A program made the position numbers and the translations under genes. A stretch of DNA of 64,000 nt from Eledone cirrhosa (taxonomy: Eukaryota). Positions 1 through 13,211 of the stretch are shown here, one piece after another. The DNA lies in contig OZ024744.1 of NCBI GenBank assembly GCA_964016885.1, forward strand, positions 65,906,001 to 65,970,000, read 5' to 3'. Numbering within the stretch: position 1 is the stretch's first letter; every line of letters starts with the position of its first letter. Below the pieces are notes generated by a model that did no database searches, was not told the DNA's origin, and saw only the letters and a program-made list of their open reading frames with translations.

Positions 1-222
1 TGTCTGTGGAAGACTTGCGTAGATTAGAAAGAAACGAAGCCTGCACGCTCCGATGGATGTGTAATAGTAACATAAGTGAACGGCAAAGCATAAACGAATT
101 GAGAGAGAGACTGAACATAAGAGGAATCAAATGTTGTGTGCAGGAGAGGAGGTTGCGTTGGTATGGACATGTGATGCATATGAAGGATGACAGCTGCATA
201 AAAAGGTGCAGAGCACTAGAAG
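1..222 (+). mobile_element. RTE-clade LINE, C-terminal ORF fragment
   Basis: Translates EDLRRLERNEACTLRWMC...RRLRWYGHVMHM, homologous to 15280-15500 and 45080-45300. Confidence 0.85.
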
Positions 223-289
223 TGTACAGCACTACCCTCCAGGGTTTATACACCCAACCTCGAATATTTCTCAGTCAAACAATGTTGCT

Positions 290-700
290 TTTTCTTCTTC
301 TTCTTCTTCTCCCCCCCCCCCTCCTCCTTCTTCTTCTCCCACTTATTCCTGAGAGGGTCGTGGGGGCAGAGTCCTCAAACACTCCTTCCAACCAGTCCTG
401 TCAGAAGTAACCATCTCCAACTGATCCAGCTGGATCCCCAAGAAAGACTAGCGAAGCCCTGAGTCTCCAGTCAGTTGGTTTCGTCTGTAAAATCTGTCCA
501 GCAATTCTTTCCTGAGACATTCTAACCACATAGTATCAGAACTTGATCTTTCAATTTGGAGAAGTAGTGGCTCTACCTGGAGTGACTCTCTAATCTCTGA
601 GCTACACACTCCATCGAGTAACGTTACTCCAAAGACCCTTTGGAGGAATCTCATTTTTGCTGCTTGTATTTGAGATCGCATTCTTTCGGTCATTATCCAA
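290..700 (-). mobile_element. Second RTE-like LINE 3' fragment with (GAA)n tail
   Basis: ORF 448-693 (ERMRSQIQAAKMRFLQRVFGVTLLD) is RTE C-terminus-like; (TTC)n at 293-310; homologous plus-strand copy at 54345-54736. Confidence 0.7.
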
Positions 701-1574
701 GATAATGGAGCTTCTAAATTTCAAATTTTAAAAAAAAAATCAATGGACAATTTGGAGGGATTTACTAAAATTATTAATCATTTCATTATTAATTTAGTAT
801 TTGTAACACAACAAAAGGTTCTTATATAAAAAAAATATGTTGGATGATATTAATTTACATAGGAACCTTTTAAAACAGGTTCATAGAACTAGAAGTATTT
901 GGGGGGGGGGGTATGAAAAGGGTTAAAGTATTCACATTCCTCATGTTATCAAACTTTTGTGCCGCATTCCAGCTGTTAATAAATGCATTAGTCTTTTGGG
1001 GCAATAAAATGTAAAAGCAACAGGCATCAAATTCTCCTTACAAGAAGGTTACACGCAAACACAATGGGACAAAAACTCAGCAAGCAAGTGTGTAACAAGT
1101 GCTACAAAGGGCTGAGCTAAAGAGGCATCTTTAAATCATCCAATGCTATATACACAAATAGGATTTTGATGTTGTGACTCACTCACGAAACTATGCAACA
1201 AATACTACAACACACGCTCAAGTAGACAAAAACAAAAAAAAAGAGAGAAAAAAAATGTGGATATTTAATAACATAAACTAGGAGCCATCTCATCAGTTTC
1301 TGTTCAATTTGTAACCAAAATCAAATTTTAAGAGGAATTCCTTGCTCTGTTGCTCATGCAAAGAAAAGGAGACAGTGAATCACGTTTTTGATAACATTCG
1401 ATGACCTTCCTAATAAATCACTGAAAATAGTGGAGAGGGAGGCATCTGTTAGCATGTACATGACCTGGTGGAAAGGTATTCACCAATGTGCCTGACCTGG
1501 GGAGAGGATATTTCTCTTCTCTTCATATGTACAGACACATGCTTCATAAGCTTAGGAATTTCTATGCACACATA

Positions 1575-2000
<426 letters not shown>

Positions 2001-2410
2001 ATACATGTTAACACCCAAAACATGCATAGGTATATATCCCATTCCCGCAAAACATGCCAGCAGGGAAAAAAAATACGCCAATGATGATGATGATGATGAT
2101 GACCATGATGATGATGATGACGATGATGATGATGCCATGTATATAATAATTACATTTGTCAAAACATATATAATGAATGTATATAGAAATGTTTGTATAT
2201 ATATTATGTGTGCATATATGAATATATGTGTGTATGTATATATATATATATATAGATGTAATATAGATGCATATATATATATATGAATATGACTATATAT
2301 ATATATATACAATATATATTATATACATATATGTGCACATATATATGGCCACAAATCATGGGAGTGCTCAATGCAGGTGGAGAAGCAGAGCAGGTATAGA
2401 GGAAGATATA

Positions 2411-2450
<40 letters not shown>

Positions 2451-2451
<1 letters not shown>

Positions 2452-2630
2452 CGAAGGAATTGTGGTAAGGAAGCAAATGGATCATAACGTATCAGAGTAC
2501 TCAATACTTAGGGTAGTAGAGTGGGTAATAGGAAAATGTTTGACCCCGACGGCAGGGCTCAAGCTATTTCTGGACTCCAGAAATAGATGTCGAAACGGCT
2601 TGAGCTCTGCCGTCGGGGTCATACATTTTC

Positions 2631-2633
<3 letters not shown>
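2451..2633. mobile_element. Fold-back element family A (3' half of a hammerhead)
   Basis: Inverted arms 2529-2564/2598-2633; GAAACGGC-TTGAGCTCT-GCCGTC-GGGGTC; TA tracts on both sides; related copies at 13779-13840 and 51547-51758. Confidence 0.75.
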
Positions 2634-2672
<39 letters not shown>

Positions 2673-2811
2673 ATGAATTGCATATAAATGCCATAGTTTT
2701 TTGAGGCAGTATTTAAATTCATGTATAAATAATGTTATGCTTACTACAATCTAATATTAGACTATTTAAATTGCTGCCTTTGGAATCAAGTCCATCTAAG
2801 AAGCAGATTAT

Positions 2812-3125
2812 TTTGGTAATGTTACTTGTGATAGACTGGTGACATATCCTGGTGGAGATTTATCTCTCATCCTCTCTGTTGTGTTTCTATATACAACACT
2901 ATATTACTACATTACCACAGTCCACCTAGGTACCACCAGATAATGTTACCTGTGATAGACTGGTGACATATCCTGGTAGAGATTTATCTCTCATCCTCTC
3001 TACTGTGTTTCTATATACAACACTATAGTACTACATTACCACAGTCCACCTAGGTACCACCAGATTATCTGGTAATGTTACCTGTGATAGACTGGTCTCA
3101 TATCCAGGGGAATATTTATCTCTTA
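2812..3125. repeat. Tandem duplication, about 125-bp unit, 2.5 copies
   Basis: taatgttac(c/t)tgtgatagactgg recurs at about 2817, 2941 and 3073. Confidence 0.85.
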
Positions 3126-3879
3126 TCTACAAAATATCACAAAACAGTGTTTAAAATTTCCCCAAAGCCAAGGAGACCTTTCTATATTTAACAGATGCTG
3201 GGTCTGTGTTTACTATATTTTGAAATATAATAAAAATTTTATTTTTATTTTACAGTTCCATCTAAATTCAACCCCCCCCCCAAAATTCCACCCTGAAAAA
3301 TTCCTCTCCATGAAAATTTAACCATACAAAAACAGTTTCCATGTAAATCTGTAAATTTCTCCATGATAGAAAAAAGAAAAATAAAGTATGAGGACAAAAA
3401 GGAAAACTAACAGCAAAGTTAAAAATGCAAATTTTGTGCAAACAGTCACTTAATTGTCACATGGAAATTTTTATGGGGTTAAAATTTTTGAGGGTGGAAT
3501 ATACATAGTGGAATTTTCATGAAAAAAAAAAAAAGAAATATTTTCTCTTGTTTATTTAAATAGAAATGTTATTTGGTGAAAGACAGCAGTTGTGAACAAT
3601 GGAAGGTTGTCTGTCTATTTGAATGTTTTGAAATATGTTGAAGTCTAAATTATTGATTACAGAGTGTGTTCGGCATAGATGGACTGTTGAGGTAAAATAT
3701 TAGTTTGGGACTGTTTTATTTTTGTTGCTGTTGTTGTTGTTATTTATTCGTCCAGTTAGTCACGACTGAACTGAATAGACAGACATATGATCCATGACAT
3801 TCCAGCCATGACTATCCAGTCCTCGTGGGGGGGGGGGGCGGGTAGATGTGTAGGAGGACTACATTATTTAGTGTTGTTA

Positions 3880-4300
3880 CCACCAAAACCATCAACCACC
3901 CCCACCCCCATCATCACCACCACTTCAACCCCCTGCCTCCCCAAAAATACCACTAGCCCCCATAACCACCACCACCACCTTCTCCACCACCACCATAACC
4001 ACTACCACCACCACCACCACCACCTTCACCACCACCACCATAACCACTATCACTGCCACCAGCAGCAACAGCAGCAGCACCACCAGCACCATCACCACCC
4101 CTCTTCACCACCACCACCACCATAATAACCACCACAACCATCTCCATCACCACCACCCTCTTCACCAACATCACCACCACATCCTCTTCACCCGCACCTC
4201 TCCTTCTTCATCATCACCACCAACACCACCCCCTCTTCATCACCACCACCACCACAAGTCCCCCCACCTCCACACACTCCTCTTCATCATCACCACCACC
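3880..4300. repeat. (CAC/CAT)n low-complexity tract
   Basis: Direct inspection. Confidence 0.9.
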
Positions 4301-4783
4301 ACACACATATATATGTACATAAACAAATATAAACAATGAGCCTGATACAGTTTCCATCTAGCAATTTCATTCTCCTTTTGTTTTTAACCTTTCCTCCACA
4401 ACCTAAGAGTTTTTCAGTTTATTGCTCCTCTAAGCCTCTTATCCAATCTACCTTTCTCTAGCAAAAACTTTAATCTATGTATTTCCTTATTCTTTAAATA
4501 TTTTTTTAATCATTTCTATAATCCTTTAAATATTTATATGTATCTATTACTCCCTCCTGATTTTGAAGGCAGCTCATTTTAAAACATTTCATCATAATTC
4601 TATTAGGCAATCAGTTTACTAATGAAAAACTTAGTTATCTTATAAAATTGCTTCAAATGATTGGTTATTTCCAAAATTAACTGAAGCACATAGACAGTGT
4701 ATTTCATTAGAAATACAGTAACAAAAGAGTTAATACCTGTTGGACTTAGTATTATTTTGTCACTTTATCAGTAATTTATCATT

Positions 4784-5579
4784 TTAACCCTTTAGCATCT
4801 AAACCGGCCGTATCCAGCCAGAATTCTCTCACCTCTTTCTGTTCAAACCAGTTGTAACTGGTCACTTATTAAGGTATTGTTCTCAAAATAAATAATATCA
4901 AAATGCCATAGATTCGATATTATGTGAGATAAAGCCTTTACCATGAAAATATAATCTATATATATAAAACTGAGGATGTCTGTCTGTGTGTGAGTTTAAA
5001 TCCCTAAAACTAGAGAACCACCCAACCGACTGTTTTCAAACTTTACACATGTAATACTTAAGTTTCAGGGAGTGTTCTCTGCCAAAAAATTTTTCAAATT
5101 TTCAATGCCCTAGGGACCACATTAGGCGATTTAGCGATCTCTCTCTATAATTCTTAGTCTTTCTCTTTTTAGATAGATACATACATATAACGTCGCGCCC
5201 TTATAATATCTGTCTGTATGTCTGGCTGTCTGCATTACGTCACTTCCTACAATTCGCTCTGCGTCTAGAACACACCCTTATAATATCTGTCTGTATATCT
5301 GGCTGTCTGTTGCCTCCGGTTATTCTGCCACCCTTGCTCAATACAAATCTCACACTCATTCCCCAAACAGTTGGTAAGTGCACACAACTTCTTCCTCACG
5401 TTTTAAGCCACAGTGTTATTACTTACGTACCACCAGACTCTTACTTCTTTGCCATCCGTGGTTGTGGCAATACTAAGCTTAGCTAAGGCGGTTATATATT
5501 TCACAATACCTTATCCCGTGCAACCCCGGGTACCACTGTTAGTAGGAAATATAGAGTAATGTAAATGATAAAGGGTTAA
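4784..5579. mobile_element. TTAA-flanked (piggyBac-like) MITE interrupted by a Helitron
   Basis: Ends ttaaccctttagc...aaagggttaa; uninterrupted copy at 21582-21811. Confidence 0.7.
4955..5542 (+). mobile_element. Non-autonomous Helitron
   Basis: 5' TCTATATATATAAAACTG; 3' hairpin cccgtgcaaccccggg then TTAG; inserted between A and T; 5' end like 46697. Confidence 0.7.
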
Positions 5580-5613
5580 TGTGATTTATTGCAAGTTAAA
5601 TTATTTCAATTTA

Positions 5614-6154
5614 CTGTATATACTCATATATAAGCTTAGAAATATGTGACAAAAAAAAAAAAAAAAATTGATGGTAAATGAGGGGAGAGGGAGGATCGAC
5701 TTATATTCAAAGTCAATATTTTGCTGATATTTTTTCACCAACTTTAATGCAACTCTATGCAAATGAAGTGCTAAAATATTTTTGCTTTGAAGGTGGAAAT
5801 ATTACACCAGTTTCACTTTCAACATGAAATTCCTCTTTCCTACTGTTTTTGATGTGTTTTGAATGAATATGGCCTTTAAAAATGGTCAGAAATTGGTAAA
5901 ACAAAAAAAAAATCATTACATAATGGAGTTACTACTATACTCTAAACGACACTTACAGTATTTTAAATATCATAACATAAAAACTTCATAAATATATTTT
6001 CCACAGATGAGAATTTCAAAACCACACCACCTAAACATAATGTGTTGATACCCTGCTTCAGCTCATAAATGGCGTTTGGATTTTTTTACTTATTTCTCAG
6101 ACATAAAATAGGGGTCAGCTTATATTTGAATGGACTTATATTCAAGTATATAGG
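5614..6154. mobile_element. Tc1/mariner-pogo type MITE
   Basis: Imperfect TIRs ctgtatatactcatatataag / cttatattcaagtatatagg with TA on both sides. Confidence 0.55.
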
Positions 6155-6239
6155 TAATTATATTTATTATTATAATGGTCCAAAATAATTTTAAATTGTG
6201 TGAAAAGGTACACAAACTCTTACCATGACCCTCATAAAA

Positions 6240-6575
6240 TAATAATGATAAATATTGTGTACAGTGCTCAGGTACACTACAATTCATCAAAGGTGCATGT
6301 ATAGTACATAGAATGATGTACAAATGTGAGGAAAGTAAACAGTGTATGAGTCATGATATATCATGATAGACAGATACATGCGTACACGTGTATGGAGAGG
6401 GAATATAAGGTGTAGTGTTAGCACATTTCAGGAATCATGGAAGTTTTAACGGATGCAGTGTCCTAACAGCTAACAACTGATGTAGGTGGTTTGTTCCATG
6501 CTTCAGCAACTCTGAGCATGAAAAATGTTTCCAAAAGTCATTGGAACTGTACTGTTTTCTGACTTTGTAAGCATG
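6240..6575 (-). mobile_element. CR1-like LINE 3' end
   Basis: Reverse complement of 44020-44770; further copies at 20975-21190 and 22995-23105. Confidence 0.75.
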
Positions 6576-6770
6576 GTGGCTGGTTCACTGAGAGTCATTT
6601 TCCCGTCATTTTAACGTCTATTTGGTTCCAAGCTTGCATGGGTTAAATGGGTAGTCACATTTTGAGACTAGTTAGGCCTGGAGATGATGTCTTGCTCATA
6701 TGAGCCTGTATTTTGACTTTGTTTCTACAGTTGGATGCCCTTCCTAATGCCAACCATTACAGGGTGGACT

Positions 6771-7880
6771 GGGTGCTTTTTATCATGTCACCAGTATGAC
6801 CACCTTACAGGATCGACTGGGTACTTTTTATCATGTCACCAACATGACCACCTTACAGGAGGGACTGGGTACTTTTTATCATGTCACCAACATGACCACC
6901 TTACAGGAGGGACTGGGTACTTTTTATCATGTCACCAACATGACCACCTTACAGGAGGGGCTGGGTACTTTTTATCATGTCACCAACATGATGACTTTAC
7001 AGGAGGGACTGGGTACTTTTTATCATGTCACCAACATGACCACCTTACAGGAGGGACTGGGTACTTTTTATCATGTCACCAACATGACCACCTTACAGGA
7101 GGGACTGAGTACTTTTTATCATGTCACCAACATGACCACCTTACTGGAGGGACTGGGTACTTTTTATCATGTCACCAACATGACCACCTTAGAGGAGGGG
7201 CTGGGTACTTTTTATCATGTCACCAACATGACCACCTTACAGGAGGGACTGGGTACTTTTTATCATGTCACCAACATGACCACCTTACAGGAGGGACTGG
7301 GTACTTTTTATCATGTCACCAACATGACCACCTTACAGGAGGGACTGGGTACTTTTTATCATGTCACCAACATGACCACCTTACAGGAGGGGCTGGGTAC
7401 TTTTTATCATGTCACCAACATGATGACTTTACAGGAGGGACTGGGTACTTTTTATCATGTCACCAACATGACCACCTTACAGGAGGGACTGGGTACTTTT
7501 TATCATGTCACCAACATGACCACCTTACAGGAGGGGCTGGGTACTTTTTATCATGTCACCAACATGATGACTTTACAGGAGGGACTGGGTACTTTTTATC
7601 ATGTCACCAACATGACCACCTTACAGGAGGGACTGGGTACTTTTTATCATGTCACCAACATGACCACCTTACAGGAGGGGCTGGGTACTTTTTATCATGT
7701 CACCAACATGACCACCTTACAGGAGGGACTGGGTACTTTTTATCATGTCACCAACATGACCACCTTACAGGAGGGACTGGGTACTTTTTATCATGTCACC
7801 AACATGACCACCTTACAGGAGGGGCTGGGTACTTTTTATCATGTCACCAACATGATGACTTTACAGGAGGGACTGGGTAC
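6771..7880. repeat. 48-bp minisatellite, about 23 copies, inside an RTE 3'UTR
   Basis: Unit gggtactttttatcatgtcaccaacatgaccaccttacaggagggact; preceded by RTE 3'UTR motif tttctacagttggatgcccttcctaatgccaacc. Confidence 0.95.
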
Positions 7881-8339
7881 CTTTGTTTTTGTGGCACCAG
7901 ATCAGCATGGACAGTCAAAATATTGCCAATGAAATTTCAGCTCAATAGTCTGTAATACTTTATTCCAGCAATAATACATTACATAACCTCACTTGAGTTA
8001 ATCTGAAACTTTAAGTAACATTTTTGACAAGATTCTGCTATGTAAATATAATGTGCATTTCTCGACATTACATTGAATGCTCATATGATGCATGTTCAAA
8101 CAACCATATATATATGCACACACACACACACACACACACATACATATATATATATAGTAATAATAAATGTGAAGACTAAAATCCGAAGAAGGCTTGATAA
8201 ATGTTAATCTGTTCTTATAATACTTAAATATATATATATATATATATATATATCTATTCTGAAGAGATTGTTTTCCTAAAAACAGGAGCAAGCAGGAGAA
8301 AGCTCTCAACATTCATAGTTCATAGTTACGATGGAGATT

Positions 8340-8384
<45 letters not shown>

Positions 8385-8385
<1 letters not shown>

Positions 8386-8655
8386 GGTGATGTGTTGTTT
8401 TCTTGAGCAAGACACTTTATTTTCACATTGCTCCAGTTTACTCAGCTGTAGAAATGAGATGATAGGGACTGGGTTCCCTATCATTCCACAAGTGGCCGTG
8501 GAGGTGCCACGGCAAAAAAGCACCCAGCACTCACTGTAAATGGAGTTGGTGTTAGGAAGGGCATCCAGCTGTAGAAATCAAGCCAGAATCTGTTCCCGTC
8601 CCACCCTTGCAAGCAGGGAAAAAGGGGACGTAAAATGATGATGAAATGATGATGA
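8385..8655 (+). mobile_element. 5'-truncated SINE with RTE-derived tail
   Basis: Matches 24321-24584; central cttgagcaagacacttt motif; (GAT)n tail. Confidence 0.8.
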
Positions 8656-8669
8656 TATATATATATATA

Positions 8670-8860
8670 AGTTATTCTGGGTTCAATCAGGGGTAACCAC
8701 AGTAAGTAAGGTACTCAATACATAGCAGAGTATAAATGTTTTAATATAGAAAAGCTTCTACAGGACTAGAACTGTTTCATTCGTGAGAAATCATCAGGAA
8801 GCTTCCTGATGATTTCTCACGAATGAAACAGTTCTAATCCTATAGAAGCTTTTCTATATT
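8670..8860. mobile_element. Fold-back element family B
   Basis: Loopless palindrome 8743-8860 centred on AAG|CTT at 8801/8802, 2 mismatches; tail 8670-8742; TA flanks. Confidence 0.85.
8752..8804 (-). ncRNA. Type-I hammerhead ribozyme motif (family B)
   Basis: Minus strand: AAGCTTC-CTGATGA-tTTCtcacGAAt-GAAA-CAGttctagtcCTG-TA|GAAGCTT. Stem I 7 bp, stem III ACAG/CTGT, GUA site. Confidence 0.8.
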
Positions 8861-8864
8861 TAAA

Positions 8865-8916
<52 letters not shown>

Positions 8917-9260
8917 TCATTTGTGTGTGTATGCATATGTGTGCATGTGTGTGTAAATGTGTGTGTTTATAAATATATATATGTATGTATATATATATAC
9001 ACAAATGCATATGACTGCATACATGTTGATTTATAAACTACTCATATATATATATATTCATTTTATTATAAAATGTATATACCTATACTTTCCTAACGTA
9101 TTGAATACCTTTTTTAACAGTGGTCGCCTCTCAATTTACATTGGGGCCCTATATATATATACACACACACATATATATACACACACACACACACACATAT
9201 ACACACACGCACACACACACACACACATATATAATCACATATTTTATTTTATTTTATATA

Positions 9261-9306
<46 letters not shown>

Positions 9307-9316
9307 TATATATATG

Positions 9317-9384
<68 letters not shown>

Positions 9385-9391
<7 letters not shown>

Positions 9392-9603
9392 AAAGGAACG
9401 ATCGACTTTCGTCAAATCGGACCGAGGGAACAATGTTTCCGTTGGTCTTTCCAATTGCTAATACTATCTATCGGTCGCAACTCCAGGTAGAAGGAGCAAC
9501 GTGAAATAAAGTGTCTTGCTCAAGGACATAACGCATCGCCTGGTCCAGGAATCGAACTCACAACCTTACGATTGCGAATCCAATTCTCTAACCACTCAGC
9601 CAC
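9385..9603 (-). mobile_element. tRNA-derived SINE (CORE/V-like middle, distinct tail)
   Basis: Minus strand: GTGGCTGAGTGG (A box) ... GTTCGATTCC (B box) ... TGTCCTTGAGCAAGACACTT; copies at 22330-22535 and 40207-40405. Confidence 0.8.
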
Positions 9604-9702
9604 ATGTATATATATATACATATATGTATATATATATATATATATGTATATAAATATACACACACATATATATATATATATATATGTGTGTGTATATATA
9701 TA

Positions 9703-9743
<41 letters not shown>

Positions 9744-9745
<2 letters not shown>

Positions 9746-10324
9746 CGTTTCTGAATTTGTTTAGCAAGATTCTTTATCTGAAATCGTGTGTTGAAACCGA
9801 TATTGTTATACTTTGGGAGGGTCATGTTGCCAATAAGAAACACACGCACCAGTTGCTTTCACTTCAATTTAATTTATTATATATTTATAAATTTACAAAT
9901 TTATAAATTTCTGGTTGGTTGGTTGGTTCCACAACCAGATAGTTGTTTATATATATATAGTCATAGTTCTTTCGTCACACACTCTGTGACCTCTTCAGTG
10001 ACTGGGGATTTCTTTCTTCGTTTCTGTGCCTTTCCTTTCTTCTATCCTACGCCATTTTTTGGCAAAAAATGGCGTAGGATAGAAGAAAGGAAAGGCACAG
10101 AAACGAAGAAAGAAATCCCCAGTCACTGAAGAGGTCACAGAGTGTGTGACGAAAGAACTATGACTATATATATATAAACAACTATCTGGTTGTGGAACCA
10201 ACCAACCAACCAGAAATTTATAAATTTGTAAATTTATAAATATATAATAAATTAAATTGAAGTGAAAGCAACTGGTGCGTGTGTTTCTTATTGGCAACAT
10301 GACCCTCCCAAAGTATAACAATAT
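9744..10324. mobile_element. Fold-back element family D (262-bp arms)
   Basis: Near-perfect inverted repeat 9800-10061/10063-10324; tail 9744-9799; TA flanks. Confidence 0.9.
10121..10165 (+). ncRNA. Minimal type-I hammerhead motif (family D); mirror copy on minus strand at 9959-10003
   Basis: AGTCA-CTGAAGA-gGTCACAgagtgTGTGAC-GAAA-GaaC-TA|TGACT. Confidence 0.75.
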
Positions 10325-10334
10325 ATATATATAC

Positions 10335-10365
<31 letters not shown>

Positions 10366-10412
10366 ACAATATATATATATATATAACAATATATATATAT
10401 ATATATATATAT

Positions 10413-10448
<36 letters not shown>

Positions 10449-10462
10449 CAATATATATATAT

Positions 10463-10555
<93 letters not shown>

Positions 10556-10756
10556 AATGTATATATATATGTATATATATGTATATATATATATGTATAT
10601 GGGTGTGTGGTGTGTATGTGTGTACGTGCATGCATATGCTAGTAAGTAAGTTTGTGTGTAAGACATGTTCTCCCTGGTAAAAATCTAGTATCATGCCAGA
10701 TGCATAAATTACTGTCTTAAGGAAGATGGCTGGTGTGTAAATAAATGTGAAAGTTG

Positions 10757-10980
10757 TGTGTAGTGTGGTGTGGTGTAGTGTAGTGTAGTGTAGTGTAGTG
10801 TAGTGTAGTGTAGTGTAGTGTAGTGTAGTGTAGTGTAGTGTAGTGTAGTGTGGTGTGGTGTGGTGTGGTGTGGTGTGGTGTGGTGTGGTGTGGTGTGGTG
10901 TGGTGTAGTGTAGTGTAGTGTAGTGTAGTGTAGTGTAGTGTGGTGTGGTGTGGTGTGGTGTGGTGTGGTGTGGTGTGGTG
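10757..10980. repeat. (GTGTA)n/(GTGTG)n pentamer microsatellite
   Basis: Direct inspection. Confidence 0.95.
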
Positions 10981-11311
10981 CGGGAGAGGTAGGGATGGGG
11001 ATTGAGCTAGGGATTCTATGTAGAGGGCACGTAAGAAGGGAGAAGTAGGGAGAAGAAGGGAGAAGCATCTAGTGAAGAAGGGAGAAGCCAAAAGAAACAG
11101 TAGCTATAGCAGCTGGTGCCCTAATTTCTTCTGGAAATACATGGAAGGTAGAGAGAGAGAGAGAGCGGGAGAGAGATGGTGAGAGAGAGAGAGGGAAGGA
11201 GAGAGAAGAGAGAGAGAGAAAAAGAAGGAGAGAGAGAGAGGGAGAGAGAGAGAGAGAGTAGGGAATGAGGAGCAGGGCATAGGTGTTGATAGCCGATGCA
11301 ATTGACTCAGT

Positions 11312-12330
11312 TGTGTGTGTATGCGTATCTGTATATGTATATGTGTGTGTGTGTGCGTGTGAGTGTATGTGTATGTACATGTGTATATGAGTATATGAGT
11401 GTGTGTGTGTGTGTGTGTATGTATGCACATGTGTATGAGTGTGTGTGTGTGTGAGTGTGTGCGTGTGTATGTGTATGTATGTACATGTGTATATGAGTGT
11501 GTGTGTGTGTGTGAGTGCGTGTGTATGTGTATGTATGTACATGTGTATATGAGTGTGTGCGTGTGTATGTATGTACATGTGTATATGAGTGTGTGTGCGT
11601 GTGTATGTGTATGTATGTACATGTGTATATGAGTGTTTGTGTGTGTGTGTGTGAGTGCGTGTGTATGTGTATGTATGTACATGTGTATATGAGTGTTTGT
11701 GTGTGTGTGTGTGAGTGTGTGCGTGTGCATGTGTATGTATGTACATGTGTATATGAGTGTGTGTGTGTGTGTGCGTGTGTATGTGTATGTATGTACATGT
11801 GTATATGAGTGTGTGTGTGAGTGTGTGCGTGTGTGCGTGTGTATGTATGTACATCTGTATATGAGTGTGTGTGTGTGTGTGTGTGTGTGAGTGTGTGCGT
11901 GTGTATGTGTATGTATGTACATGTGTATATGAGTGTGTGTGTGAGTGTGTGCGTGTGTATGTGTATGTATGTGTATGTATGTACATGTGTATATGAGTGT
12001 GTGTGCGTGTGTGTGTATGTACATGTGTATATGAGTGTGTGTGCGTGTGTATGTGTATGTATGTACATGTGTATATGAGTGTGTGTGTGTGAGTGCGTGT
12101 GTATGTGTATGTATGTACATGTGTATATGAGTGTGTGTGTGTGAGTGCGTGTGTATGTGTATGTATGTACATGTATATATGAGTGTGTGTGTGTGTGAGT
12201 GCGTGTGTATGTATGTACATGTGTATATGAGTGTGTGTGAGTGCGTGTGTATGTGTATGTATGTACATGTGTATATGAGTGTGTGTGTGTGTGTGTGCGT
12301 GTGTATGTGTATGTATGTACATGTGTATAT

Positions 12331-12367
<37 letters not shown>

Positions 12368-12520
12368 AGTGTGTGAGTGTGTGCGTGTGTATGTGTATGT
12401 ATGTACATGTGTATATGAGTGTGTGTGTGTGTGCGTGTGTATGTGTATGTATGTACATGTGTATATGAGTGTGTGTGTGTGTGCGTGTGTATGTGTATGT
12501 ATGTATGTATGTGTGTGTGG
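11312..12520. repeat. Compound GT minisatellite
   Basis: Constant block gtatgtacatgtgtatatgagt separated by variable (GT)n, more than 20 units. Confidence 0.9.
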
Positions 12521-12674
12521 TTGTATGCATAGGTGTGGACGGATGCCTAACTCTACAATTCACTCCGTCCCCACCAAGCTGAAGCTTAGCTGTAATAAAG
12601 AGAAATAAATATACCAATGTATGCATGTGTACGTGTGTATGTGTTGGGTGGGTGTATATATGTACTATTGCATA

Positions 12675-13070
12675 TTTGTATGTATGTATGTATGTATGTA
12701 TGTATGTATGTATGTATGTATGTATGCATGCATGTATGTATTCATGTATGTATGTATGTATGTATTAATGTATGTATGTATGTATTCATGTATGTATGTA
12801 TGTATGTATTCATGTATGTATGTATTCATGTATGTATGTATGTATGTATGTATGTATGTATGTATGTATGTATGTATTCATGTACGTATGTATGTATGTA
12901 TGTATGTATGTATGTATTAATGCATGTATGTATGTATGTATTCATGTATGTATGTATGTATTAATGTATGTATGTATGTATGTATGTATGTATTAATGTA
13001 CGTATGTATGTATGTATGTATGTATTCATGTATGTATGTATGTATGCATGCATGCATGTATGTATGTATT
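12675..13070. repeat. (TATG)n microsatellite
   Basis: Direct inspection. Confidence 0.95.
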
Positions 13071-13211
13071 AAACCCATGCTAGCGTGGAAGATAGACGTT
13101 AAACAATGATGATGATGATGTTGATGAATATATATATATGTATGCATGCATGTATATATATATATATACATATATCTATGTACATATATATATGTATATA
13201 TATATGAATGT

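Noticed and set aside
6735-7955. 406-aa His/Cys repeat protein or CRISPR-like array
   Set aside because: Pure 48-bp tandem repeat with no unique spacers, derived from an RTE UTR
9800-10324. Palindromes as MITEs or as assembly artefacts
   Set aside because: Arms are asymmetric with variable centres, unlike TIR elements. Several loci show arm mismatches and reproducible ends, arguing against artefact, although reads were not checked
11312-12520. Repeat-spacer array resembling CRISPR
   Set aside because: Spacers are only variable (GT)n; eukaryotic context with no cas genes
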